From Gordius albopunctatus (taxonomy: Eukaryota), in contig OZ193910.1 of assembly GCA_964276515.1 (NCBI GenBank), forward strand, positions 2,976,001-3,040,000: DNA of 64,000 bases. Reading direction: 5' to 3'. Positions 37,204 to 49,100 of the stretch are shown here, one piece after another; the stretch's first letter is position 1; each line of letters begins with the position of its first letter. A program made the position numbers and the translations under genes. The notes beneath the pieces were generated by a model. The model had not been told where the DNA came from, did no database searches, and saw nothing but the letters and a program-made list of their open reading frames with translations.

Positions 37204-38675
37204 TCTATCTATATATATAAAAATCTAAGTCCCTTTTTTTGAACGCTAATAACTTTTAAAGTTCTCAACCGATTGCCACCAAATTTGGCCAGATTATTGC
37301 CTTAGCATTGTAGAAGGTTTATAGATACTTTTTATCAACCTGCGACAGCGGGAACCATGTTTTTTGGTAGTCTATACCGCCATCTAGCGGATTGTTCATA
37401 CTACCTTTTTTGTACTCATTTATCGTTATGGTGCTACCAATTACCTTAAACTTTTTTCCACTATTGCTTTATCTTATTTGTCTCAATTTTTTACTCAACT
37501 ACGCCCGTTTTTTTACAATATATAAATTTGTAACAAATAAATATTCTAGATACCGTAATACATCACCATATACTTAAATAAATATAACGCGCGCTTTCAA
37601 AAACATTCCCACGTTTCGTGCTTTTTTGCTATTTTTACGAAGTTCGATTATTAATATTAACACTACAAAAAGATTACTTTAACGCTAAGTTGATAAATGT
37701 AGACAATGATTAACCGACAAACTTGAAATGCAGTTATATGATTATTCATACAGAATAATGCTTCGAGAGCACGAAGAAAATCATATTTAAAATGCGCACT
37801 AAATTGTTTTTAGCGTGAAGAAGCGTGTGAAGTTGTAAAACGATAGACCTTTTTACACCAGTAGAAATTCCAAGGCGTGCATTTAATCCAATCTCATCCC
37901 CGATAAAGTGCATTTGTAAGAACTTATGTTGCCTATCTGGTATTCGAAGGAGGGACCCGGCTTTGTGGTAAATTTGGCCTTTTACTTTAAAGGTTGGCAT
38001 GAATTGTGTTGTAATAATATCTGCGCCAAACACGTCATTTGGAAGCTGGAGTTGTATTTCCTAATGTTAGATAAATGTCTAGAATCCGCACTATAACCAG
38101 CAAGGAGAAATTTTAATGACTGGGGATTTCTCCAAGTATAGGTAGTTTAACTTTTCCAGACGCGCAACACATGCCGTTCTTTTCTCCAGAAAATTTTATA
38201 GCATTGTAACAAGGACATACAACGACGGTCATAGTGGGGGGAATAATAACATGGCGGCGCCAATGGTTTTCTAATATCACCTCATTTAGATACTCTAGAT
38301 TTTAGGGTATGATGACATTACATTATTATATACGCTGTACTCAAATTTTTTTCTACATTTTCGAACATTATCAGTGACTTTTATGGCAGTGGTTTATAAT
38401 TTTTTGTCACCCAGACCCAATTATGCATATTATAACTAAACATCGCACTTTTTAACCTATAAAATTATAAAATACCTAATAAATATTTAAACGGTGTGTA
38501 AATCTATTAAATCATTAATAAATATGCCTTTTCTATTATTAAATTATAAAATATATATTTACATAATATAGCATTATATTTTTTCACATCATAAACCCTC
38601 TTACAAATTAATTTTTACTAATTATTTAACTAATTAGGGACTAAGCCAAAGCAACGCTTGGCCGGGTTCAGCTAG
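37204..38675 (+). mobile_element. Non-autonomous Helitron carrying a RepHel N-terminal fragment in antisense
   Basis: 5' A^TCTATCTATATATATAAA and 3' hairpin GCCAAAGCAACGCTTGGC followed by CTAG^T. Minus-strand remnant at 37746-38232: CPC..AIKFSGEKNGMCCASGKVKLP...NIRKYNSSFQMT.FGA...PTFKVKGQIYHKAGSLL. Confidence 0.8.
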
Positions 38676-39323
38676 TTATAAATATAAATGTGTTTACGCA
38701 TATTGCCCTTTCCTCAAAGGAAACCATTGATTGTATCAACTATTTCTATTGCTTCGTGTCGATTTTTTTATTTACTCGATACTGTTTTATAGGCTAAAAT
38801 TTTAAAAAATGATCATTTTGCCCCTTCCTAAATCATTAGTGCCCCCCTCTAATTCCAATCATGGCAAAGCCCATGTAAATCGCTATTATTTTATATTACA
38901 TCTTCACCATTTTACCTGACCCAAAATAATGGAACCCCTAAGCTGCCACTTTCTCTGTCAAACTAAACTGACAATTCTATCACTAAAATCAACTTTCTTA
39001 TGTAATGGATTGAACATTTCTCGGAATATTATTATGTCAAGTTTATATATTTTTTTTCAAACTAGCAATTAATTAACTAATTTAAATTTTTTAATATCAA
39101 TTTTTTTATCTAAATTGCGAATGTTAGATTTTCAAGGTTTCCCAATGTATTGGTAATTTAAATCATATGTAATATATCTTTTTAATTAGTTTGTATGAAA
39201 ATCTGAAAATTAACTACTTAAACGAAATACCCCAACTTAAGCAATATATTTTTACAAAACCAGAATAAATTTCAAATTTTGTTGGAAATTTGGGATAAAA
39301 ATGTCTAAATTGTTTAATTTGTT

Positions 39324-39434
39324 ATCCCCTAAAGAGGGGTTCGAAAAATAAGCTTTAAATGCTCATTTGTTCCTCCGCACGGAGACCTTTAGTAAAAGGC
39401 GAAAGGTCTATACGATTTGCGTTGAAACCGAGTT
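39324..39434 (-). ncRNA. U5: U5 spliceosomal snRNA gene (apparently intact)
   Basis: AACTCGGTTTCAACGCAAATCGTATAGACCTTTC-GCCTTTTAC-TAAAGGTCTCCGTGCGGAGGAACAAATGAGCATTTAAAGCTTATTTTTCGAACCCCTCTTTAGGGGAT. It has the invariant loop 1, the perfect stem AGACCTTT/AAAGGTCT, the CCG internal loop, an Sm-like ATTTTTCG and a 3' hairpin. Ends are +/- 3 nt. Confidence 0.92.
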
Positions 39435-40969
39435 AACGATTCGATGTAAAAACGCCTTGTTTATATATCATTCAAATGATATTGAACTTTAGTATGTAAA
39501 GATGCATAACAACTCTTCTCCTATTGTACCTTAAAAATAATATATTATTTCATCCAATTTTATAATTTTAACTTAATTTCAACTTAGGTAAAAAATCTAT
39601 ACCCCATTTTCTAAAGTACCAAAGTGTTTTCCCTCGTCATATATTTAGTATTCCGCTAGATGGCAGTATACAAATATTTTTTGCTTGGCAAGCGTGTAAG
39701 TAACCAACCTAGTAATGTTTCATTCGTTTCTAGTCAAACATGTCAAGTTAAGATCTGTTTTATTAAATCTCTAATAGAGTGCTCAGACTCACAGGAGCCG
39801 TTCATTTAACAAAATCCTAACGACCGCCATCGTGAACTACTTAATTTTTTTTATATTGTATTAGAAATCATCGATATTATAATATGTAATAACTCATTTT
39901 TATTTGTTAGTGTGAGTTTATAAATTATTTGTATTTGAGATTCATTAAATATAATTATTTTACAAAATCCACTAAAAAGTAGGTTCAAATCTTGTTCAAA
40001 AATGCAGTTTTAAACACTATAGTTTAATTTTAAAGGCCCAAAAAAAGACTGCAAATTGTTTTTTAACCTAAATAATTATATTTATGAATATAGTCAATTC
40101 CTAGCCAACTAAATTAGGCGTTGAAGATAAATGATAATATTTAGAAAATTTTTAAAAGGGATCGAGCAGTTATTAAGTTATAGTAAATGCGGAGAATACA
40201 CAAGTGTAGATTTTTATAGAAGAGATATATTTAAATTTAAGCGTATATGAAATATTAAATGATAATAATGATAATTAGATTCATGGGCATAGCCAGGTTT
40301 TGGATTAGGGGGCATGGCGAAACGTTTGAAAGTTCAATTAGGGGGCGGGGAAAACATAATTTTTTTGATTTTTAAGGGTTTTTGCATTGAAAAAATATTT
40401 TCCGTCATTTAGAGGGTGCGGCCCCTTGTCCTGGCCACGCCAATTATTAGATTTAATAAAAGTAACTTGTAAATTGATAACCTCAAGGCTACTAGTTGTA
40501 CGTTTTATATCCTCAATATGCTTGAAGCTGGTATCTTTGATCGTTTGCAAGTGAAGCTTTGAATCAATTCTTTTCCCCTGTTTAAGATGCAATTTATCCG
40601 CCGGGGCGTGGTTATGCGTGGTTCCATCAAGCACTTCAGTTATCTAATCATTAACAACAACTTTAATCCTACAATATCTATATTTTATTTATGGCTATTT
40701 GCAGGATTTTCAGTATGTTACACTTACAATGCGTTTTATAAATCATAAAATATAACGTGAAACAACTATTCGCTAAATTGATTTTAAATGAAATTGTATG
40801 AACTTCATATTTTCATTATTTAGTTTATATTACTTTAACTAATAAAAGTTTTTTAATAAAAAATATATATTGCAGTCCCTCATTGATAATATAATCATTG
40901 ATTAAGTGGCCTATGAAGTTATACCATAAATTAATGTTATAACACTTTTTATAATAAAGTGAGTTACGA

Positions 40970-41637
40970 CGCGCCCGCCCGAAGCCCGGCCCGACCCAAT
41001 CGGGTTTCGGGTCGGGCTCGGGCAGAATTTATAGAAACAATCGGGCCTCGGGCTCGGGTCGCGCCTGATGAGGCGGCCCGACTTGGGGCCCGAGCCCGGC
41101 CCGATATGACTAAAGCAAACTAATCTTTTATAAAATATGATTTAAACAAACTCAACTCGATATTAAATAATTATCTTCGTACACTATACACAATATAGCT
41201 TAGAAACTTCAGCCTTTTCCCCCTGTCTATAATATTTTGACCTAAATTGCAAATCTTTTTCTAGTATTTAAATAAATTCATAGTAGCTATTACTTTAGAA
41301 ATTAAATAAGGAATTTTTTTAAAAAGTTTTTTATTTGGAACTGTATAAAAATATTTTATAAAGTTAGATCGCCAGTTTTAAATTATTAGCTCAATAAATT
41401 GTAGCGAGTGAAAATGGAAAAATTACAATTAATAACAATTTAATGCATTATTTATTTGTATAAAATAATTTTAAAAAAATTTTAAAATAGATTTTTAAAA
41501 ATTTTCTATTTGAAAAAGCGGGCGCGGGTCGGACCAAAAATAAAAAAGTCGTTCGGGCTCGGGCCGGGCTCGGGAAAATGAAAATAGAGACGTCGGGCCG
41601 GGCTCGGGCAGAAAAAAATTCATTTTGCAGGGCTCTA
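40970..41637 (-). mobile_element. hAT MITE (TAGAGCCCTGCA family), one TIR lost
   Basis: TGCAGGGCTCTA ends at 41637, with CCCGA/TCGGG repeats and GTTACGA on both flanks. It serves as the uninterrupted reference for the split copy at 7915/19540. Confidence 0.8.
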
Positions 41638-44569
41638 GTTACGATATACCTATTTAAATAGCCTTTTATTGGTTTTTATTTATAAATATGGAAGCATTAA
41701 AAGATAAGAAATATAAGGGATAAATTTTCAAATTGCACAGAGTGCTTCGATCTCGTCTTGGTATCGAAAAAGAAATCTCGTCCCGGGTGTTTCTCGTCGT
41801 GTTTTGATTTAAATTTTTTAATTGCTATGCAATTTATGCGCTCGTTTTTTGGTGTCCATCCGTCCGTTGTCCGTTACCCTCCAATGTATTTACACCGGTT
41901 TTCTGCCTTGTAGGTTGGAGTTCAATCCCCGGAGAGGACAAGAAAAATTTTTTTAAATTTAATTAATATTATTTTCTTGTTAATAACGCGGATAATATGA
42001 CTTTTTGACCTTCCGCTGGCTACTGACCAATGAAAAAAATGACCATTGGCCAAATTGTCGTTCGAAATTTTTTTTCGTTTTTACATTGGTATATTATGTT
42101 AACATTGATAATTACCCTATGCCCTCCCCTAGAAGAGTCCTTGCCTCTACTGATATCGGTCCCTGTGCCCCTACAAAAGCCTATGCCTCTACTGATGTGG
42201 GTTCGAATCCCGGAGAGGGCAAAATTTTTATATATTTCATTTTTTGTCTGAAGATGATATATAAATATAAAAAGATAAAATTTTATCAAGTAGTCCCAAA
42301 TAAATAAACATTAATATTGGTTTGAGGATTTATAGGATTAATTTAATATGATTATAAATAAATATTAGACTTATACATTTTAACTTTTGTATTTTATTTT
42401 TTGTCTGAAGATGATATATAAATATAAAAAGATTATTGCTTTACTGGTTTCTCCCCTTTATTTTGCTCCTCTCTAACTCCAACTCATGATATAATAGGAG
42501 GACTTATAAAGTTTTGATTTACGGGTCATAGTTGATATGGTTTCAAAATATATATATGACTTTGATATTTAAACATAAAATGAACATTTTTTGAAATTTT
42601 AGCCATAATTTTAATAAATTTAAACAAATTTTTGGATTTAGAGGGGGAGGGGGCAGCCGCCCCAACCTGCTCCCACCCCCCCCCCCCCCGGCTACGCCCA
42701 TGCCTTAAAATTATTTTGGCAAATAATAATCTAAACAAACCCATAATATTTAATATCTTATATTATTTAAATCACGCAAATGCCTTTATTCATGCAAAGC
42801 TCTGAGTTATAACTTTTAAGACTTAGAATAGTTATTGCAAATGATCAAAGAGTCAGTATATATATATATTTATGGAATGCTCTGTGGTGTGTCTTAATTT
42901 TTAAAATAATATTATGTAAATAATAATAGCAGTCAGTAATTAAGCCAATTAAAAAGAACGTTAAAGCCGTGTACAAGGTTATTTATTTCTTGGTATAGCA
43001 AACTAAGATGGGAAAAAGGTGAAAAGTTACCTTTAAATCGGTTGAAATTGCCGCTGAACATCGACGAGAATAACGTTGCCTACATGTCCAACGAATGCTT
43101 GAGACATTTTTATTCTTCACGGTATAATAGTAATTTTGGTGACACAATAAGCTCTTCCGCTTATTAGTCAAGTATAATCGTAACATCATATATAATAATA
43201 ATTTGAAATGTGTATTATTGAAATAAGGCAGCCCTACTCTACAATATATGGGTTGATTGAGGGTAAAATTCGAATAAATGTCCAAAAGGTCAGGGTCATG
43301 AAGGTAATTTTAGGGTGTGGGCTGCTCTTTTGACCCCTTTAGACGCGATATTAATTTAGAACTTGGCGGGACTTTATATATTCATCATATTTACCTGAGT
43401 CTGTTATTTGGGTTGCGAAAGGCAAACGCTGGAATGTACCCCCCCCCCCCCCCAAATTGAATAAATATGGGATGACAGATTGTCATTTTGGTCCTGTTAT
43501 AAGGCTAAGACAAAGGAGACGACACATTTTTGCCGTTGAGCTTTTGCCTGAAAGGGCTTCCTTCTTTTACCTAAAATTCAAAATGGACGTAGAGAGAGTG
43601 TGAGGGGATTTCCCGTATTTTGTGTCGCATGTGTGACAAACGCCTTTGCCTGAAGCCCCCTCTCCATTTAAAACGGTCTCTCGTTAGGTTTATATTAGAA
43701 AGGGAAATATTATAAGCCTTAATTTGGGTAACTTAAAGTGCTTTTTATGTAATTTTTTAGAGGGGACATATGGAATTAAAAGATCATAATGAAGTTACAT
43801 GTATTTTTATTATCTGATGTTTATTTCTCCCCGTACACAGCAAATATTTGAAATGACTTCATCAGGATCTAACAAATACTTGAACAGGACCAAAAAATAG
43901 AAACATGTGTAAATGTGAATTAAACTGAAACACCACCGGACACCCATACATGGGCATAACCAGGATTGCAATTAGAGGGGGCAATGATGATTTGGGAAGG
44001 GGCAGCCGCCCCCCCCCCCCTGCCACCCTTGGACGCCTATGCATAGGCTATATATAGGTTTAAACCGATTTAAAAACGCGACAATCAAATTTAAACATAT
44101 CATTTTTCTACGGACTAACCATTGGCTCATTCATCACCAATTCTCTAGGCGTTATACCATACCTCTCTCATAAACAACTTATTTATATTATCGACAACAC
44201 TTTCGCGTTCCCTAAATGGCATTTATTTTCAAATTTAAAGCCTTTAGGTAAATGCATAGCAAATGTAATTTTATCCAAAAATAACAAATTAGTTTAATAA
44301 CAAGTTATAAATTAAGTTACATAAAAAATTTAATGATAAAAAACATAGCTTAAAATAGCCTTTTAGATTATTTTGTCATTCATCAGACCAGACTAAACTT
44401 GTGTATTGATGAGCTACTGTTTTAAAAATTAAAAATACATAGCAAGAGGTAGGCCTAGCTAGTAGACACAAAAATCTCCAAATGAAAATAGCTTTTTATA
44501 AAAAGGGTAAAACTCAATTAGTTATTAGAATTCTTCAAACTAAAGATATTGATAATCAAAGCTTAATCT

Positions 44570-45050
44570 TTCTTCTTCTTTATCTTGTATTTGATTCCAG
44601 AGTTTTGGGGTTAGTATTTTTCCGTTTCTTCCATTTTGATTTAAGGGCCATGTCCGCATGGGCCTAGCCAGCATTGGGATTAGTGGGGGGGGGGCAAAAA
44701 TAGGGAGAGGCAAAATCATTCTTTTTTTGGAAATTTTATCGCCATACTTTTAATAAATTTCAAACAAATTTTTGGATTTAGAGGGGGGCAGTCGCCCATC
44801 CCTGACCCCCCCTGGCTACTCCCATGCATGTCTAAATTTATTTCTTAATTAACATAACTTTGTCCACAGAACCTCTTCCACGTTACAAAAGGTCGTTCTC
44901 GTGATATCTTTCCCAATACTTTTCAATTTACACCCTTCGCTTCGCCAACCTTCTTATTATGTGACCACAACATTTTGGGCAATTTTTGATAATGTTCACC
45001 ATAGGATGTACACCAATTTTTCCCATGAGACACTAATGTATGCTTTTTAA
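44570..45050 (-). mobile_element. Old RTE-like LINE 3' fragment interrupted by a MITE (44657-44826)
   Basis: The (AAG)n tail and 3' end resemble 5178-5230, with a decayed GH..RR and RP..TW region. The MITE has TIRs and a partial TSD CATGTC. Confidence 0.45.
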
Positions 45051-46174
45051 ATTTGTCAATTTTATATGTAATCGTCGTAATGGTTTAAAAATATTTTTCA
45101 GCCATATGAGTTTTTTATTAAAATGCAAATGCCAACTATTTTCTGCATAACTTTATTCATGTAAACCCCTCATTCTCACCTGCCATGTTAAAGATTATCG
45201 TTAATTATTCCATCCTCCGCCAAAGTGAAGTGTGAGTTATGGAAGGGCAATCATCATATATAATTCAAATAATCGCTATGCAATTTAGGGGGCTCACTAT
45301 TGGATCTCCGTCCTTCCGTACTGTCCAACTCTCGTAATTTATCAATAATTTATGGGGAAACTTATACGGTTATTTTATGATTAGTGTGCTTGAGTTTGGG
45401 GGGGGGGGGAAAGAAATTGCCCGTCCCTATCTTTCCTCGAGCTAGAACATGTTATATAGCCCACAAAACTAAATATATATACCCCATCGCTTCAGCTATC
45501 TAACTATAGTATACTCCTCAATTGTTATGAATGTATTTCGCCAGATATCAAAGAAGGGTATTGATAAAATAAAGATTTTATTAATCGCATGGAATGAATA
45601 TTGATTTGCAAGTTGTGCCGATGGGTTGTATGACAAGCTTTTAAAAAGCCTAGCACACAACAAAATAAACCAAGGGGGGGGGGAGGGGGTTACATCCTAA
45701 TATATTTATGTATTTGGGTAAAATGGTGACAATTATATATGCTATGCTTTATAAATAACATTAAATAGTATAAGAATCATAATGCATTATTCCATGACGA
45801 CTATGATGCATTAAATGTGTGATTATTTTACAACTATCATGAGTTTACGACGATATAATAAGATATATATATATATATATATATATATTTAAGTTCGCGC
45901 GCGGCTTAAATTGGAATCAATTTGATTAACTAATTTTAAAATGCTCTTGATATTCTCAATTTCTTCAAAAGTTTAAAAACGCTTTGGCAAAATAAAAATA
46001 TGCATTCGATATGTATGTGTTATTATGTTTGTGTTTGTGGAATGCTGAATGAGGTGCTAAATAAGGCGACGTTCTTCCAATTCATGTTTCGAGTAGAATA
46101 TAGGTTGACTTCATGACTAGTGTGTGGATTAGCAAAAACATTGCACATTTTCCAAAAACTTTCGCACGCCCCTT

Positions 46175-49100
46175 TTAACTACTTTTAATGGGTAAATCAT
46201 TGGAATGATCAACTTTTGATGGTTTGTGGTCGAGGAATGTTGAAAATACGTTGTTATCAAAATTGATTTTGTTATTCATTTTATTCCCATTAGTTAAACA
46301 TTCATTTTCACCCTTGTTCTCGGATTGTGAAATGCGATATCTGGTGCAAATATCGCATAATAAAACCCGGGATTGAGTTAATTCTTTAACTTTACATTGT
46401 AGTTTTGCGTATTCGTTATCGTTCACTTTGCAGCCACAATTATTACAAAAGTGTAAAAATTCATGGTTCGGTAAAGGCTGCGTAGTTTTTGCCGATTTGC
46501 TGACGCTCTTAAAAGGATTTTCTCTGATTACAGATGTTTGTGAATTCGGTGGGACTTTCAACCTATGGTTATTATATTCATTTTTTGAGCTTCCTTCCAT
46601 ATTATTTTGTTGCCTGGTATCGATAAAATTTTATATATAATTGTAGGTCAAAAAGCGACATAGCTTACATATGAATTAAATAAAACTTAACTAGTTCGAG
46701 CACAATTATCTTCATAGACGTAGCCAGCATTGCGATTAGAGGGGAGCAATAATGATTTAGGTAGGGGAAAAATGATAATTTTTTGAAATTTTAGCCATAA
46801 TTTTAATAAATTTTAACAACGTGTAAGATTTAGAGGGGGGAAGCTGCCCCTTCCTGCCCCTCCCCTGGCTACGTCTACGATTATCTTTTCATTTATATTT
46901 TACACTGAGAAAATTGTAATTTTAAAGCCACACCATGATTGATTAATTTGAATTTATAGTACGAGTTAAGAAATAGTATTAACAAGATAAATTAAATTTC
47001 CACAAATCGTTATCGCCAAATTTTGCAGAAATTTACACTGCTAAGTTAGAATATAAAGTAGAAGGTTAGAGTAAAATTTAAAAAAGTTAGTTTAATTTAT
47101 AACCATGTGTTGAAATGTCTAATATTAATTAAAACGTACTGTGTTGATCTATTGTGCGGAAGCGAGTATCCATCAAGGTGACCGTAATTGCAATTTTGAC
47201 AGGAAATATCTCTACGACACACGTGCAATTTGCAGCGACTTCCCTTTAAAAATTTGTTAAACAATATTACTTTTTAATAAATAAATCAATATGTTTTTAT
47301 AACTTTTAAATTTTCAATTAAGGCATACATTGGAGGTAAGGGTGAGTAAATTGTTGATGCGTTCGAAATTAATAGTAGGCGCGCTATTAGGTCTCTTCCT
47401 TTTACAAACCTGTCTTTCAACATCTCCAACTGTAAATTCGTTTTGATATCTTACGTCTACACAAAAAATTCAAAGTTTTACACTACTATTATAGAGGAGT
47501 GTAACTGTAAAAAGGTTAAAAATGACGTTCAATTCAATACCCCTTTCATATGGTTTGTTTAGAGAAGGTTCTGAAGCTTGTTTCACATCTTGGTTCGATG
47601 TGCTTTGGAGACGCTTGTTAGCCTTGGTCATAAAATCGACCCCACGGACCAGGGTTCCCAAAAGATCAGACGAAAAAGATTTCTTATCATTAACCGATTG
47701 ATGATGATCTTCAATACTTTCAGCCGGCGAAGAGTTATATAAAGAATCCGTGGCAATTTGAGGGTCGATTAAAGTGGTTGTGAATCCATCTGTTACTTCA
47801 GGACTCAAAGGTGTCGACAGTGATGTATGGAGCTAAAATTAAATAAATCAATTATGAAAATAATGTTCTGCTAGTATAAAATTATATAAACCATTCTTTT
47901 TTTGATGCTTAGAGTAAACAAGTCTTGTTAAAGGTAAACCTATTGAATTAGGTATCAATTTTTAAGTTAATGAGGCCTTTCATTTACGTTATGGTGCTTA
48001 ACACGGCTTATTTAACTTTCATTTCGACATTTAAACTTGAACAAAAAAGTGTTAGCAGCATTGGGTTTGGGACATTCAGCAAAAAGATTTTTAAATAAAA
48101 TATTTTAGTTGTGAATGAAGATAGCCTAATGTACCTTATAATGTCTAACTAATTGATACGCTTTTGGTGCCGTGTAGGTGCATTCCTTGCAGTGGAATTT
48201 AAAGCGACGACTGTGAAATTTCATGTGCCTTTTCAGCATGCGTTCCAAACAAAACTTAGCAGGGCAATGCGGACACCTGAGATCTACTTTCATCTTTTTG
48301 CTAGGCATATCCTTGTGGTAGTCATCTAAAAATGAAAAAGTTTTGACTTTTTTGCTTAAAATGATCCAAATAATATGTGGTCCAAAAAATACTTTCGGGA
48401 CATTTAAATACAAATTTTAAAGATTTATTTAATGTTCAAGAGGAAATTTTTCCAATTAAGGATAATTTTCAATTAAAACTTGACCCATAATTATATAATG
48501 GTCCCTTATTGAGAAAAATAGAAGAAAGCATTAAAAAAATTGATAAAAAATCCAAATTATTTAAAAAAAAAAGTAAAATAAGTAGAACAATCGCTTTATA
48601 AAATCATATCAAAAATGGTGTAACAATTTACCAGCTCGATTGGAATCAGGATCTGATTCAAACGAACTTCGTTGGCTTGTTTGCGTATTTGGAATTGTCT
48701 CGATGCCATCCGCATGCATCGAAATGTGATTCATGTATCGCGTGGGATTAGCGCAATTGAAACTGCATTTCGGGCAATGTTGTAATTTACCTTTCATGCC
48801 CTAAAGCATCAATAAATTCATATTAAAATTGAAATTCCGAAAAAATCAATATAAATTAGGCATTTTGTTAAACTTTTTAAAATAAATAAGATTTTACGAC
48901 GCAAACCTTAAAAGACCGTATGCAAAAATAACTTCTCAATAAAATGTACTTTCTTCAACTTGGCTCAAATAAAAAAATGTAAAAAATAAAAAACGTTTTT
49001 GGGTAAGCTGCCCCCCTCCCTTTCAGGCAACATAAAAGTTTGGAAAAAGAATGGCTTGATGATTCCTTCATTTAATCATTAATAATATGTTATACCTGGC

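Noticed and set aside
42185..42225. tRNA gene
   Set aside because: Only a T-arm/B-box-like motif is present; no acceptor stem, D-arm or anticodon arm could be formed.
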